The notes: a model not told the origin generated them from the sequence alone. Numbered from the stretch's first letter, positions 53,756 to 62,951 are shown. The stretch is 64,000 nucleotides of DNA from an uncultured Acidimicrobiia bacterium (GCA_965530755.1 CBESNA010000007.1:45205-109204), one strand, 5' to 3'. Numbers and translations are program-made.

Positions 53756-56446
53756 TCAGCGTCGACCGTCGCCGGCTCGTCGTTCTCGTTCGAGGGCACG
53801 ATCGAGTGCACCGATCGCCAGATGCCCGGCCTGGGTGACGCTGAGACTGCGTCCAAGGTCGAGGAAGTGGTCGAGGTCGTCGCCAAGCGCGGCCTCGAGA
53901 TCGCGTTGCGCATTGCGCCGCGGGAGGTGTCCGATTTCCATCATGGCACCGACGAGACGTGCACCCGTCTGGGCATCACCGGCCCGACTGAGGGCGATCG
54001 CCGTCACGCCGAAGAGATGGCTCGCTCCTGCGTAGTAGTGCTGGTCGAGCGCCTCGCGGAGGGCGTCGCGGCACCCTTCGAGCGTGCTGAGCAGCTCACC
54101 ACGCCGCGCCGTGACGTGGAGCTCGAGCCCGACGAGCAGCTGATCGAGCAGGTGACTCGATGGCATCGATCGCGCCCAATCGCGCCCGTCGCGCCACGTT
54201 TCGATTCCGAGTTGGAGATCCGTGAAGGACTGGACCTGCCCGTTCGCCCATGCCGCGATGCATCGTGCGGTGATGCTGCCGGAAGTGCTGGCCAGGTCAC
54301 TCAGCGCCTTGGCGTGTTCGACCATCGCCGGCCCCGGCGAGTGGATGCACAGGTGGAAGGTCCGGAACCCGTGAGCCCAGATCTTGCCTCCGGTGCGTTG
54401 CGGGTCGGTGGCAAGCCATGCAGAGGTGAGTTCGTCGCTCGCCTCTGGTGTGTGCACGTTGTTGAGGAACACCGACGCCAGCGCACACCGGCAAAAACCT
54501 TCGGGGTCGGACGGATCGGCGGCCAGGCCCGCTTCGGCCAGTTCGTCGACCTGCCCGTCCAGGGTGAAATACGAACCGACAGCCGCCGCACCGCACAGGT
54601 CGGTGTAGCGCGACTGACGCTCGATGCCGCTGACGGCGAGCAACTCCTCGGCCCAGCCGAACAGTTCGAACCGCATCGACATCGCGGCAAACCAAACGAG
54701 CGCGACCACCAGTTCGGCACCACTGTCGAGGTCGCCGAGCGCTTCGAAGGTGTCGAGCGCGGTTCGGAAGTTGGACCACTCGGTGTCGAGCACTCGCCAG
54801 ACCTCGGGCTCCGTCGAGCCGAAGAGCAAGCCACCCTCGTGCTGGGCCAGCTCGCAGTAGTAGGAAGCGTGCCGGGTCCGGACCGCTGTCGCTCCCCGAT
54901 CTTCGTCGAGTTCCGCGTGAGCGAACAGGCGCAAAGTCTCGAGCATCCGAAACCGTTGATGGCCGTCGATGTCGTCGCTGGTCAGCATCGACTTGTCGAG
55001 CAGCGCCAGCACGAGTTCGGGGACGTCACCTGGCCGAACCAATGAGTCGTCCCCACAAACCGCACCCGCGGCGGCCAGGTCGAACCCGCCCGAGAACACG
55101 CTCAACCTCGTGAACAGCGCAGCTTCGGCGGGTGCGAGCAGGTCGTACGACCAACGCACCGTCGCTCGCAGCGTCTCGTGTCGATCCCCGTGCACGACTC
55201 GGCCGATCGCGTCGAGCCCGTCTCGTAGGCCATCGGCGATCTCACCCGGGGTCATCAATCGAATCCGTGCCGCGGCGAGCTCGATTGCGAGCGGGAGACC
55301 GTCGAGTCGACGGGCGACGTCGGCCACCGCAAAGCGGTTGGCCGCGTTCAACTCGAAACGATCGTCGAGGCGCCGAGCACGGTCGACGAACAGGTCGACG
55401 CCGTCCGTCTCTGGCGTGAGCGGTGCCGCGATGACCTGCTGCTCTCCACGCAGGCCGAGCGCCTCCCGGCTGGTCGCCAGCACGTGGACTCCACCCGCGT
55501 CGAGGAGCCGCGCGACAACCTCGCGGACGGTGTCCATCACGTGTTCGCAGTTGTCGAGGATCACGAGTCCGCGTCGGTCGGCGAGGTAGTCCCCGATCGA
55601 GTCGATCAGGTCCATCCCGGGTTGGCGACGTGCTCCCACGGTCTCGGCGATCGTCTCGACCACCGCATCCCTGTCGACGGCGGGAACGAGGTCGCAGAAG
55701 TGGACCTGACCGCGGAAGCTCTCGACCGCCCGCGTACCGACCTCGATCGCGAGTCTTGTCTTCCCGACTCCGCCGGGGCCCAACACCGTGACCAACTGAT
55801 CCTCGCCGAGCACGAACTGCAACGTCCGAGCGACGTCGAGCTCGCGACCGATCAGCGAGGTCTTCGGCTTCGGAAGGTTGGTGGGGGTGACTGGTCGACG
55901 GAGTGGTTGCGGGTCGGTGATGACGTCGTCGCTGAGCAGCATGTGGATCTCGTCGACGCCGATGCCGCGGAGCTCGTGTAGTCCTTCGCTGCGGAGCTCG
56001 AATCCTCTCATCATGGCGGCGCTCGAGGACGAGCAGACGATCTGGTCGCCGTTCGCGAGGTCAGCAATACGGGCCGCCCGGTTGACGACGGGTCCGAAAT
56101 AGTCGTGGCCGGTGGGTTCGGCCTCACCGGTGTGTAGACCGATCCGGATCCTGAGCTGCAACCCGCTCGGCGACAAAGAAGTCTGGTGACGATGCTGGAA
56201 GTCGATCGCCGCAGCGGCCGCAGTGCTCGCCGAGCGGAAGGCCGCCCAGCAGCCGTCCCCCAAGTGCTTGACGATTGATCCGCCATGCGCAGCCACGACC
56301 TCGGCGACGAGGGCATCGTGGGCGATCAGCAGTGAGCGCATCTCGGTGGGACGTTCTTCCCACCAACCCGAACTGTTCTCGATGTCAGTGAACAGGAACG
56401 TCACGACACCAGACGGCAACACGACCCCTCCCGTTGTCACTAACAC
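53756..56446 (-). CDS. class III adenylate/guanylate cyclase fused to an NB-ARC-type ATPase and a TPR-like repeat region (STAND protein)
   Basis: 896 aa, GTG start. Cyclase N-terminus (VVTFLFTDIENSS...KHLGDGCWAAF...RIGLHTGE...GPVVNRAARI), P-loop GPGGVGKTRLA, Walker B LVILDNCEH, and a long helical C-terminus. I recognised no LuxR or other DNA-binding output domain. Confidence 0.85.
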   Translation of the reverse strand: MLVTTGGVVLPSGVVTFLFTDIENSSGWWEERPTEMRSLLIAHDALVAEVVAAHGGSIVKHLGDGCWAAFRSASTAAAAAIDFQHRHQTSLSPSGLQLRIRIGLHTGEAEPTGHDYFGPVVNRAARIADLANGDQIVCSSSSAAMMRGFELRSEGLHELRGIGVDEIHMLLSDDVITDPQPLRRPVTPTNLPKPKTSLIGRELDVARTLQFVLGEDQLVTVLGPGGVGKTRLAIEVGTRAVESFRGQVHFCDLVPAVDRDAVVETIAETVGARRQPGMDLIDSIGDYLADRRGLVILDNCEHVMDTVREVVARLLDAGGVHVLATSREALGLRGEQQVIAAPLTPETDGVDLFVDRARRLDDRFELNAANRFAVADVARRLDGLPLAIELAAARIRLMTPGEIADGLRDGLDAIGRVVHGDRHETLRATVRWSYDLLAPAEAALFTRLSVFSGGFDLAAAGAVCGDDSLVRPGDVPELVLALLDKSMLTSDDIDGHQRFRMLETLRLFAHAELDEDRGATAVRTRHASYYCELAQHEGGLLFGSTEPEVWRVLDTEWSNFRTALDTFEALGDLDSGAELVVALVWFAAMSMRFELFGWAEELLAVSGIERQSRYTDLCGAAAVGSYFTLDGQVDELAEAGLAADPSDPEGFCRCALASVFLNNVHTPEASDELTSAWLATDPQRTGGKIWAHGFRTFHLCIHSPGPAMVEHAKALSDLASTSGSITARCIAAWANGQVQSFTDLQLGIETWRDGRDWARSMPSSHLLDQLLVGLELHVTARRGELLSTLEGCRDALREALDQHYYAGASHLFGVTAIALSRAGDAQTGARLVGAMMEIGHLPRRNAQRDLEAALGDDLDHFLDLGRSLSVTQAGHLAIGALDRALERERRAGDGRR

Positions 56447-56593
56447 GCGTCACCCCGTCCCCCGGCCGCCACGCTAGACCATCGTGCACGCTCAGCTGCC
56501 CGAGTCGCCAAAGGGATCCACACGACAGGAGGGTCACCGCTCGAGCGAACCCATGCCAGACCCACGCAGAGCGATACGCACCAACTTCGTCAC

Positions 56594-57019
56594 GTGCTCG
56601 ACGGGTGGGACATCCACCTCGCCTCGGACGATCTACTGACACGCTGGTATGGGCAGCCGCTCGACGGCAGATCCGACCGCGCCGGAGACAACCTGTGGTG
56701 CCGACCATCACCCGACGCTCCGTGGCGGCTCGACATTCTCATCGGCGACGGCGACCGACACGAATGGATCTACCGCCGCGACCCTTCGATACGGCGCCCC
56801 TGGGCCGACGCGGTGCTGACCAGCGCCGACGGCGTTCCCTACCTCGCTCCGGAGCTGCAATTGCTGTTCAAGAGCAAGGGTCTTCGCCCGAAGGACGATG
56901 TCGATGCCACCACGGTGATCCCCGAACTGGAATCGGAGCGTCGAACCTGGCTCGCGCAGCACTTGGCGGCCGACCATCCGTGGCAGACCACCGTCGCCGG
57001 CAGAAGAGCGCGACAGGCG
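56594..57019 (+). pseudogene. N-terminally truncated nucleotidyltransferase-like gene remnant
   Basis: GWDIHLA...LWCRPSPDAPWRLDILIGDGDRHEWIYRRDPSIRRPW...GVPYLAPELQLLFKSKGLRPKDDVD...DHPW matches the C-terminal two-thirds of an actinobacterial NTase-like family as I recall it. The catalytic GG..D / DxD N-terminus is missing: the frame opens at 56444 with no start before GTG 56594. There is no stop before it runs into the APH-like segment. Confidence 0.45.
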
Positions 57020-57654
57020 ATGAACGCCATGACGGGCTCGGATCCCGAGGTGGCATTGATCGCGGCGGGGCGATCCTCTCAGGCGTGGGCGACTGTCGAC
57101 GGCGACCGGCCGCCCTACTCCGTGATCTGCACCACCTCCCCGCCACTGGATGGGGCCCCCTCGCGAACCGTTCTGATGAACTCCGAGGTTCCTCCAGCAC
57201 AGAAACCGACGGCATCACCGACCGCTGGTTCCACACAGCCATCTGGCCCTTTGACGGATCTGAGCTGGCGGCACACCCCATCTCAGTGCTGGAACCTGAT
57301 CTGGCTCCGGCGCTCACTCTGCGACGGGACGAGATCCTGGCTGCAGCGACGGAACCCTTCGGCCCCGTGCACTCTGATCTGCACCACCAGCACCTCCTCC
57401 ACGTCGACCACGAGCTGACCGGTGTTCTCGACTTCGGCGACGCCTTCATCGGATCCACCGCATGGGACTTCGCTCTCATCCGCTGGTACTACGGGGCCAT
57501 CAACGCGAGACGAGTGGCCGATGCTTACGAGCCAGGCATCAACATGGTCGAACGAGCGTCGGCGCTCGCCCTTGCGGTTGGTTGCTACAAGGTCGCCAAG
57601 ACGCCAGAGGATGCAGCAGCCCGCGCCCGACTCCGGGCGCTCCTCACTGGATGA
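57020..57654 (+). pseudogene. aminoglycoside/choline-kinase-type phosphotransferase (APH) remnant, frameshifted and lacking most of the N-lobe
   Basis: The C-lobe motifs HSDLHHQHLL...LTGVLDFGDAFIGSTAWDFA lie in the frame of track ORF 56434..57654. The only start-proximal APH-like residues (MTGSDPEVALIAAGRSSQAWATVDGD) are in the frame of ORF 56594..57418. The frames change around 57100-57125. Confidence 0.5.
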
Positions 57655-57661
57655 CTTCGAT

Positions 57662-58558
57662 TCACCAATCGGGAACCGATTGGCGATCCGGCAACACCTT
57701 GGGCGACGGGTCCATGGAGAGATTCGTCGTCTGACCGACAGAGAGTCCGGCACCCTCCAGCGCATCGACGAGGGCGGTGAGCAGCAGACCGCAGTGGTAC
57801 GGCTCGGTCGTGCGGTCGTCGATCCAGGCGTAGGCCCGAAAGAACATGGCTTCGCCCCCGACCCGCTCGAAGACGACGAAGGGTCGACGGCCTTCGCTGC
57901 ACCAGGTCAGATCGTCGAGCGCCCCGTTCATCGCATGGAGGGCGGCGGCGCGATCGGGAGTTCCGTCGAGCGGGATCTCGACCGAGATCCGGCAGCCGCC
58001 GAGCCTGCTGTGGTTGAGCACCTGCAGCTCCTGGAACTGCGAGTTCGGCACCCACGCCGTCGTGCCATCGGGCAATTCCATTTCGGTCCGCAGTACCGAC
58101 TTGTACCTGACGCGTCCGAAGATGCCTGCAACCGTGACCACGTCGCCAACGCGGTAGAGATCGTCGATCGTGATCATCGCCCCAGCCACGAAATTCTGCC
58201 CGATGGGAGTGAAAGCGACGGCGCCGGTGACACCCACAGTCGCCAACAAGGCCGCCATCCCGGAAACGTCGAGTCCGACGAACTCGAGCCCGCCGATGAT
58301 CACGAAGATCCGAACGAGCTTGGGTCCGAAGAACAACAGCTGCTGCTGTGCCCGCTCATCCTCGACGCGACCGATGGCTCTGCGCACGACCCCGCTGGCT
58401 GCCATTGCGGCCAACACAACTGCAGCGATCCGAATCACCACGGGGACGACGAGCACGATCATCGTGTCGGTGTCGCCGTGCAGCGTCGCTTGCAGAGCGT
58501 CTGGCGTGAAGGATGGAGCATCGACCAGTGGAGCCAACGGCATCAGGGATGAAGACAT
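57662..58558 (-). CDS. MscS-family mechanosensitive channel
   Basis: Start at ATG 58558. TM helices followed by GQNFVAGAMITIDDLYRVGDVVTVAGIFGRVRYKSVLRTEMELPDGT...VPNSQF, the MscS beta-domain motif. Confidence 0.8.
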   Translation of the reverse strand: MSSSLMPLAPLVDAPSFTPDALQATLHGDTDTMIVLVVPVVIRIAAVVLAAMAASGVVRRAIGRVEDERAQQQLLFFGPKLVRIFVIIGGLEFVGLDVSGMAALLATVGVTGAVAFTPIGQNFVAGAMITIDDLYRVGDVVTVAGIFGRVRYKSVLRTEMELPDGTTAWVPNSQFQELQVLNHSRLGGCRISVEIPLDGTPDRAAALHAMNGALDDLTWCSEGRRPFVVFERVGGEAMFFRAYAWIDDRTTEPYHCGLLLTALVDALEGAGLSVGQTTNLSMDPSPKVLPDRQSVPDW

Positions 58559-58775
58559 TGCGACCTTTTCTCCGCCCGCACGGAGCTGCTCGGCTTGCGC
58601 CTTTCGACCGAACGAGACGGACCGTAGCAGAGAGTCGTAACACAACCGCAACACTCGGTGGATCGGCCGACTCACCAGGACCCCGATATCGATACGACAG
58701 TGCAGGCGTCGAGGACCGGGGAAAGTTGGTCAGGCGTGTTGACGATCGATGTTAGGCATCCTTAAACTCGTCAGG

Positions 58776-59639
58776 ATGGGATCCAGTTTCTTGATCACGT
58801 TGCGCGAAGGACTCGAGATCGCTCTCGTCCTCGCCATCATTATCGCCTACGTCCAGAAGACCGGCCGCAGCGATCGGCTGTCCACGATCTGGGCCGGCAG
58901 TGCCGTCGCAGCGGTGGTCTGCATCGCAACCGGCTTCTTGTTCCACAGAGTTGTTGGGGAGTTCGAGGGCAAGTGGGAACAGTTCATCGAGGGTGCTCTT
59001 GCCCTGGCAGCCGTGGCGGTGCTCACCTGGATGATCTTCTGGATGCGAGCCCACGCCCGGGGCATCAGCTCCGATCTCCACGCAAAGATCGACGACGCAA
59101 TCGATCGCTCACCGCTCGCACTCGCCTTTGTCGCCTTCGTCGCTGTGGCACGCGAGGGCTTTGAAACGGTTCTGTTCCTTCTCGGGGCGGAGACCTCGAG
59201 CGCATCGGGCACCGACGTCGTGGTCGGCGGCGTGATCGGTCTCGCGATCGCAGCGGTCCTGGGCTACCTCTTCTACCTGGGGAGCGGCCAGATCGATCTG
59301 AAGAAGTTCTTCAACTGGACCGGCCTGTTGCTCATTCTCTTCGCGGCGGGACTGTTCGCCAAAGGTGTGCACGAGTTCCGCGAGTACTTCGAGCTCGAAG
59401 CCGCCTGGTACAGCAAACCCGTGTGGGACATCACCGACGGCCCGCTCGCCAGCGGCTGGGTGCACGACTTCATGAAGGGGCTCTTCGGCTGGAGCCCGCA
59501 CCCCGAGCGCATCCGCTTCGTGGCCTACTTCGCATTCCTGGTGCCGGCTCTCTGGTTCTACTACCGGCCGGCGTCGAACCCAGACGCCACCCGCTCGGCC
59601 GACGCTACCCAAACCCCTGAGCGAGCCTCTGTGTCGTGA
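58776..59639 (+). CDS. efeU: FTR1/EfeU-family high-affinity iron permease
   Basis: Two REGxE motifs (LREGLEIAL and AREGFETVL) and 7 TM helices. ATG 58776 is preferred over the track start 58749 because the family usually begins just before the first REGLE helix. Confidence 0.8.
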   Translation: MGSSFLITLREGLEIALVLAIIIAYVQKTGRSDRLSTIWAGSAVAAVVCIATGFLFHRVVGEFEGKWEQFIEGALALAAVAVLTWMIFWMRAHARGISSDLHAKIDDAIDRSPLALAFVAFVAVAREGFETVLFLLGAETSSASGTDVVVGGVIGLAIAAVLGYLFYLGSGQIDLKKFFNWTGLLLILFAAGLFAKGVHEFREYFELEAAWYSKPVWDITDGPLASGWVHDFMKGLFGWSPHPERIRFVAYFAFLVPALWFYYRPASNPDATRSADATQTPERASVS

Positions 59640-59680
59640 GCCAGAGCCCTCAACACCCGTAAAGAGCTATCGTCCAATTC

Positions 59681-60076
59681 GTGCAGGCGGACTCCGACGA
59701 CGGCGTATATCCGACCCGGACGGGGCGAGCGTTCGTCGACGAGTTCGGTTTGGTGCGCCTCGAGCACAATCCCGGAGCGGTGCTCGACGAAGATGCAGCG
59801 ATCGAGAACACCGAGGCGATCCTGGCGGCAGCGGCCGGTGGTCGGCATCCACTCATCGTCGACATCCGCGACGTCAAAAGCATCGATGCGCGAGCGCGTC
59901 GCTATCACGCCGAGGTCACCGGCCGACACGTCACGAGGGTGGCATTGCTCGTCGGACCGCCGCTGAGCCGCGTCATCGGCAACTTCTTTCTCGGCCTGAA
60001 CCAGTCGCAGCATCCCCTCGAGCTGTTCAGCGACGAAGCAACGGCTGTGGCGTGGCTCAAGGAGTCGGTCGCATGA
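59681..60076 (+). CDS. STAS/SpoIIAA-like domain protein
   Basis: 131 aa. ...HPLIVDIRDVKSIDARARRY...VTRVALLVGPPLSRVIGNFF resembles STAS-fold sensor/partner proteins. Its stop overlaps the kinase ATG (ATGA). Confidence 0.55.
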   Translation: MQADSDDGVYPTRTGRAFVDEFGLVRLEHNPGAVLDEDAAIENTEAILAAAAGGRHPLIVDIRDVKSIDARARRYHAEVTGRHVTRVALLVGPPLSRVIGNFFLGLNQSQHPLELFSDEATAVAWLKESVA

Positions 60077-61038
60077 TCGACGACCTGCCCTCCGACGTCG
60101 GGTCACAGCTTGGTGGAGCAGTCGAGTTGATCCTTGCGCTCGCCGGCGGGGATCTCGGCGCCCGTGGTGTCGTCAGCGATCTCGGCGATGAAGTCGATGC
60201 GGTGATCGGCGGCCTCAACATGCTCGCCGAGGAGTTGGAGATCACGTTCGGCGCGCTCCGCCGGCGTACTGTCCAACTCGAGCGGGCCAACGCCGAACTC
60301 GTGGCTGCTCAGTCTCAGATGGTGCAGTCTGCCAAGTTGGCATCGCTTGGCGAGATCGCAGCAGGGATCGCCCACGAACTGAATCAGCCTCTCGGCATCA
60401 TCCAGCTGTACTGCGAGTCGGCGGTCGATGCCCTCGGCGAGGGCGACTCGGCGAACCTCGAACACCGAGCTGCAGAGGCGGCAGACCACGTCGGTGTGGC
60501 GCTCGGCCAAATGGATCGGGCCTCCGAAATCGTTCGCCAAGTACAGACCTTTGCCCGCGAAGACACGAATCTCGAAATGGCCGAGGCGAACATCGCGCAG
60601 CTGGTTTCTGCTGGCCTCATCCTGCTCCGCCGAGAGATGGCCGAACTCGACATCGAGCTGGTCGAGCGCATCGAACCCGGGATTCGGCCGCTGCGGTGTC
60701 GCGAACATCGGGTGCAGCAGATCTTGTTCAACCTCGTCTCCAACGCCCGAGACGCCGTGCGAAGAAGGGGAGGATCGCTGGTCGGCGTCGACGTCAGTTC
60801 ATCAGGCACCGATGTGGTCTTCGAAGTGAGCGACAACGGTCCGGGGGTTGACCCAGCGGACCTCTCGAGGTTCATGGATCCGTTCTTCACGACCAAGCCC
60901 GCCGGTCTCGGCACCGGATTGGGCCTTGCCATCTGCCAGACGATTGCCACTGAGCACGGCGGCTCGCTCACCTACGAACGACGCAACGACCTGACCGTCT
61001 TCGCGCTGCGGCTGCCGCAGGCAGCAGCCGATCGATGA
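60073..61038 (+). CDS. cytoplasmic sensor histidine kinase
   Basis: Start at ATG 60073. No TM segment. H-box IAAGIAHELNQPL, N-box LFNLVSNARDAV and G-box GTGLGLAIC. Confidence 0.85.
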   Translation: MIDDLPSDVGSQLGGAVELILALAGGDLGARGVVSDLGDEVDAVIGGLNMLAEELEITFGALRRRTVQLERANAELVAAQSQMVQSAKLASLGEIAAGIAHELNQPLGIIQLYCESAVDALGEGDSANLEHRAAEAADHVGVALGQMDRASEIVRQVQTFAREDTNLEMAEANIAQLVSAGLILLRREMAELDIELVERIEPGIRPLRCREHRVQQILFNLVSNARDAVRRRGGSLVGVDVSSSGTDVVFEVSDNGPGVDPADLSRFMDPFFTTKPAGLGTGLGLAICQTIATEHGGSLTYERRNDLTVFALRLPQAAADR

Positions 61039-61412
61039 GAATCCTCGTGGTCGACGACGAAGAACTGATCGCTGCCATACTGCGCGAGCACCTCGAAGGT
61101 CAGGGCCATGACGTCGAAGTCGCCGCGAACGGATTGGTCGCAGCCCAGCTCTGGACAGATCTGGACTTTGACGTGCTCGTGTCCGACATCAAACTTCCCG
61201 GACTGTCGGGTGTCGAACTATTGGCGAAGATCCGAGCTGACGGCGACACACAACCCTGTCTCCTTCTCAGCGGACATGTCGATGATGCGAAATTGGATTC
61301 CCAGCCACAACTTCAACCCGCGGCGATGCTCGCAAAGCCTTTCTCGTTTGCTCAGTTCGACGCGATGCTGGAACCTCTTTGCCGCTCCGGCGACGCGACG
61401 CCCCCGCCTTGA
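61035..61412 (+). CDS. single-domain (CheY-like) response regulator
   Basis: 125 aa. ILVVDDEE...DVLVSDIKLPGLSG...AKPF. 4-nt overlap with the kinase gene. Confidence 0.85.
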   Translation: MRILVVDDEELIAAILREHLEGQGHDVEVAANGLVAAQLWTDLDFDVLVSDIKLPGLSGVELLAKIRADGDTQPCLLLSGHVDDAKLDSQPQLQPAAMLAKPFSFAQFDAMLEPLCRSGDATPPP

Positions 61413-61448
61413 CCGGGGCGAGCACGGACATCACGGAGGCCGAGGTCG

Positions 61449-61704
61449 TCAGGCGAGCTGTTCGGCGAGGGTGATGAAGCTGTCGGCCGCGATCCGGGAT
61501 GCCCATCGCCGACGGGACCGACCAGCCGATCGATGACCTGCCGCAGCGGTGCCAGATCGAGCGTGGTCTCGTTGATGTCGAACACGATGACCCGGCTCAC
61601 GCGGCCCGGGCTTCGGTGTCGAGACCCAGCAACTCGGGACAGAATGCCCCGAGTCGCTGCAAGTCTCTGCAATCCAGCGTCACACCGATGTGAACAATGC
61701 TCAT
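61449..61704 (-). pseudogene. string of gene remnants: VOC/glyoxalase N-terminal 35 codons, then a HAD-type hydrolase with a large internal deletion
   Basis: My reverse translation of the first piece: ATG 61704 MSIVHIGVTLDCRDLQRLGAFCPELLGLDTEARAA-stop (61597). The second piece overlaps from GTG 61600: VSRVIVFDINETTLDLAPLRQVIDRLVG (HAD motif I region). After a frame change it reads ...RIAADSFITLAEQLA-stop (61449), which looks like a HAD C-terminus. Confidence 0.4.
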
Positions 61705-61728
61705 TTCACGACCGGTGCACGCGAGTCA

Positions 61729-62892
61729 TCACTCGCCGTTCTCGTTGAGCGTCACCTCGGCTGGTGAGTAGTCGTTGCCGAACAGATCGGCATTGTCTCC
61801 GACCAGGGCCCAGGCCTCGTTGACGATGTCATTGGTGAATGCTCCGTCGGAGGGCGGAGCAGTCAGGACGGTGGCGCCATCGAGGTTCGGCGTGCTCTGG
61901 CTGATCTCGACCGTGCGATTCCAGTCGGCCTCGTTGATGGCGCCGATGCCATCGGGAGCAGGCCAGATCAGCTGATTGACCTCATTCATCATCCACTGCT
62001 GATGACTCGCACCGAGAGTCGAACCAGCACCGGTGACGATGGTGGCGCACGACTCGACGTTGTCCCGACAGTAGGCCCAACCCTGCAGCGAAGCGGCAAC
62101 GAACCGAACGGCTTGATCGCGATACGCCGCGTCGTCGACCAACTTCGTCGCGTCGGCCCAGATGGCGTCCTGCAACATTCCGACACCCTCGTCCTGGTAG
62201 TTGACCACACTGAAGTCAGACGGCTGATAGAGCTCGCCGGTGTCGGGGTTGATGGCCTCGAGAACCTGGGCGTACTCGTTGTACGTCATCGCCTCGGCTG
62301 CATCGATCTCGCCTTCGAGGAGCGCAATCATGTCGAACTGCTGGCCGACGAGCGTGACATCAGCTGCCGGATCGAGGCCTGCCTGCCCGATCGCAGCAAA
62401 GACCTCGTATTCGTTGCCGAAACCCCAGTTGCCGATGATTCGACCCTCGAAGTCGGCGGGCGAAGCGATGCCTGAGTCAGCGAAGCTGACCTGGAGCGTT
62501 CCCGAGCGAGCAAAGACCTGTGCGATGTTGACGATGTCTGCGCCGGCCTCGCGCGTCTGGAGCGCCTTGGGCACCCAGGCAATGGCGAAGTCAGCGTTGC
62601 CGTTTGCCAGCTCGGACTGGGGAACGATCTCGACCGCTCCCTCCTTGATCTCGACCTCGAGGCACTGGTCGGCGTAGTAGCCGTTCTCCTGCGCTGCGTA
62701 GTAGCCGGCGAACTGAGCTTGGGTGAACCACTGGAGCTGCAAGCTCACCGTGTCAACCGTCTCGCACGCGGCAGCGGTGTCATCTCCGCCGCCGTCTGTC
62801 TCGTCGATGGCTGCTTCGTCACTCCCGCACGAAGCGGCGAGGAGCGACGCGACCGCCAACCCCGCAGCGATGTTCTTCCAGTTGATCTTCAT
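61729..62892 (-). CDS. ABC transporter substrate-binding lipoprotein, NMT1/THI5-like (nitrate/sulfonate/taurine class)
   Basis: Start at ATG 62892: MKINWKNIAAGLAVASLLAASCGS lipobox. LQLQWFTQAQFAGYYAAQENGYY is typical of NMT1-like SBPs. The 640-aa track ORF is an artefactual N-terminal extension. Confidence 0.85.
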   Translation of the reverse strand: MKINWKNIAAGLAVASLLAASCGSDEAAIDETDGGGDDTAAACETVDTVSLQLQWFTQAQFAGYYAAQENGYYADQCLEVEIKEGAVEIVPQSELANGNADFAIAWVPKALQTREAGADIVNIAQVFARSGTLQVSFADSGIASPADFEGRIIGNWGFGNEYEVFAAIGQAGLDPAADVTLVGQQFDMIALLEGEIDAAEAMTYNEYAQVLEAINPDTGELYQPSDFSVVNYQDEGVGMLQDAIWADATKLVDDAAYRDQAVRFVAASLQGWAYCRDNVESCATIVTGAGSTLGASHQQWMMNEVNQLIWPAPDGIGAINEADWNRTVEISQSTPNLDGATVLTAPPSDGAFTNDIVNEAWALVGDNADLFGNDYSPAEVTLNENGE

Positions 62893-62951
62893 GTCTCTTC
62901 CCCTTCGAGGCTGAGCCTCAGATATGACTTGTCGATCACGGTAATCGAGAT

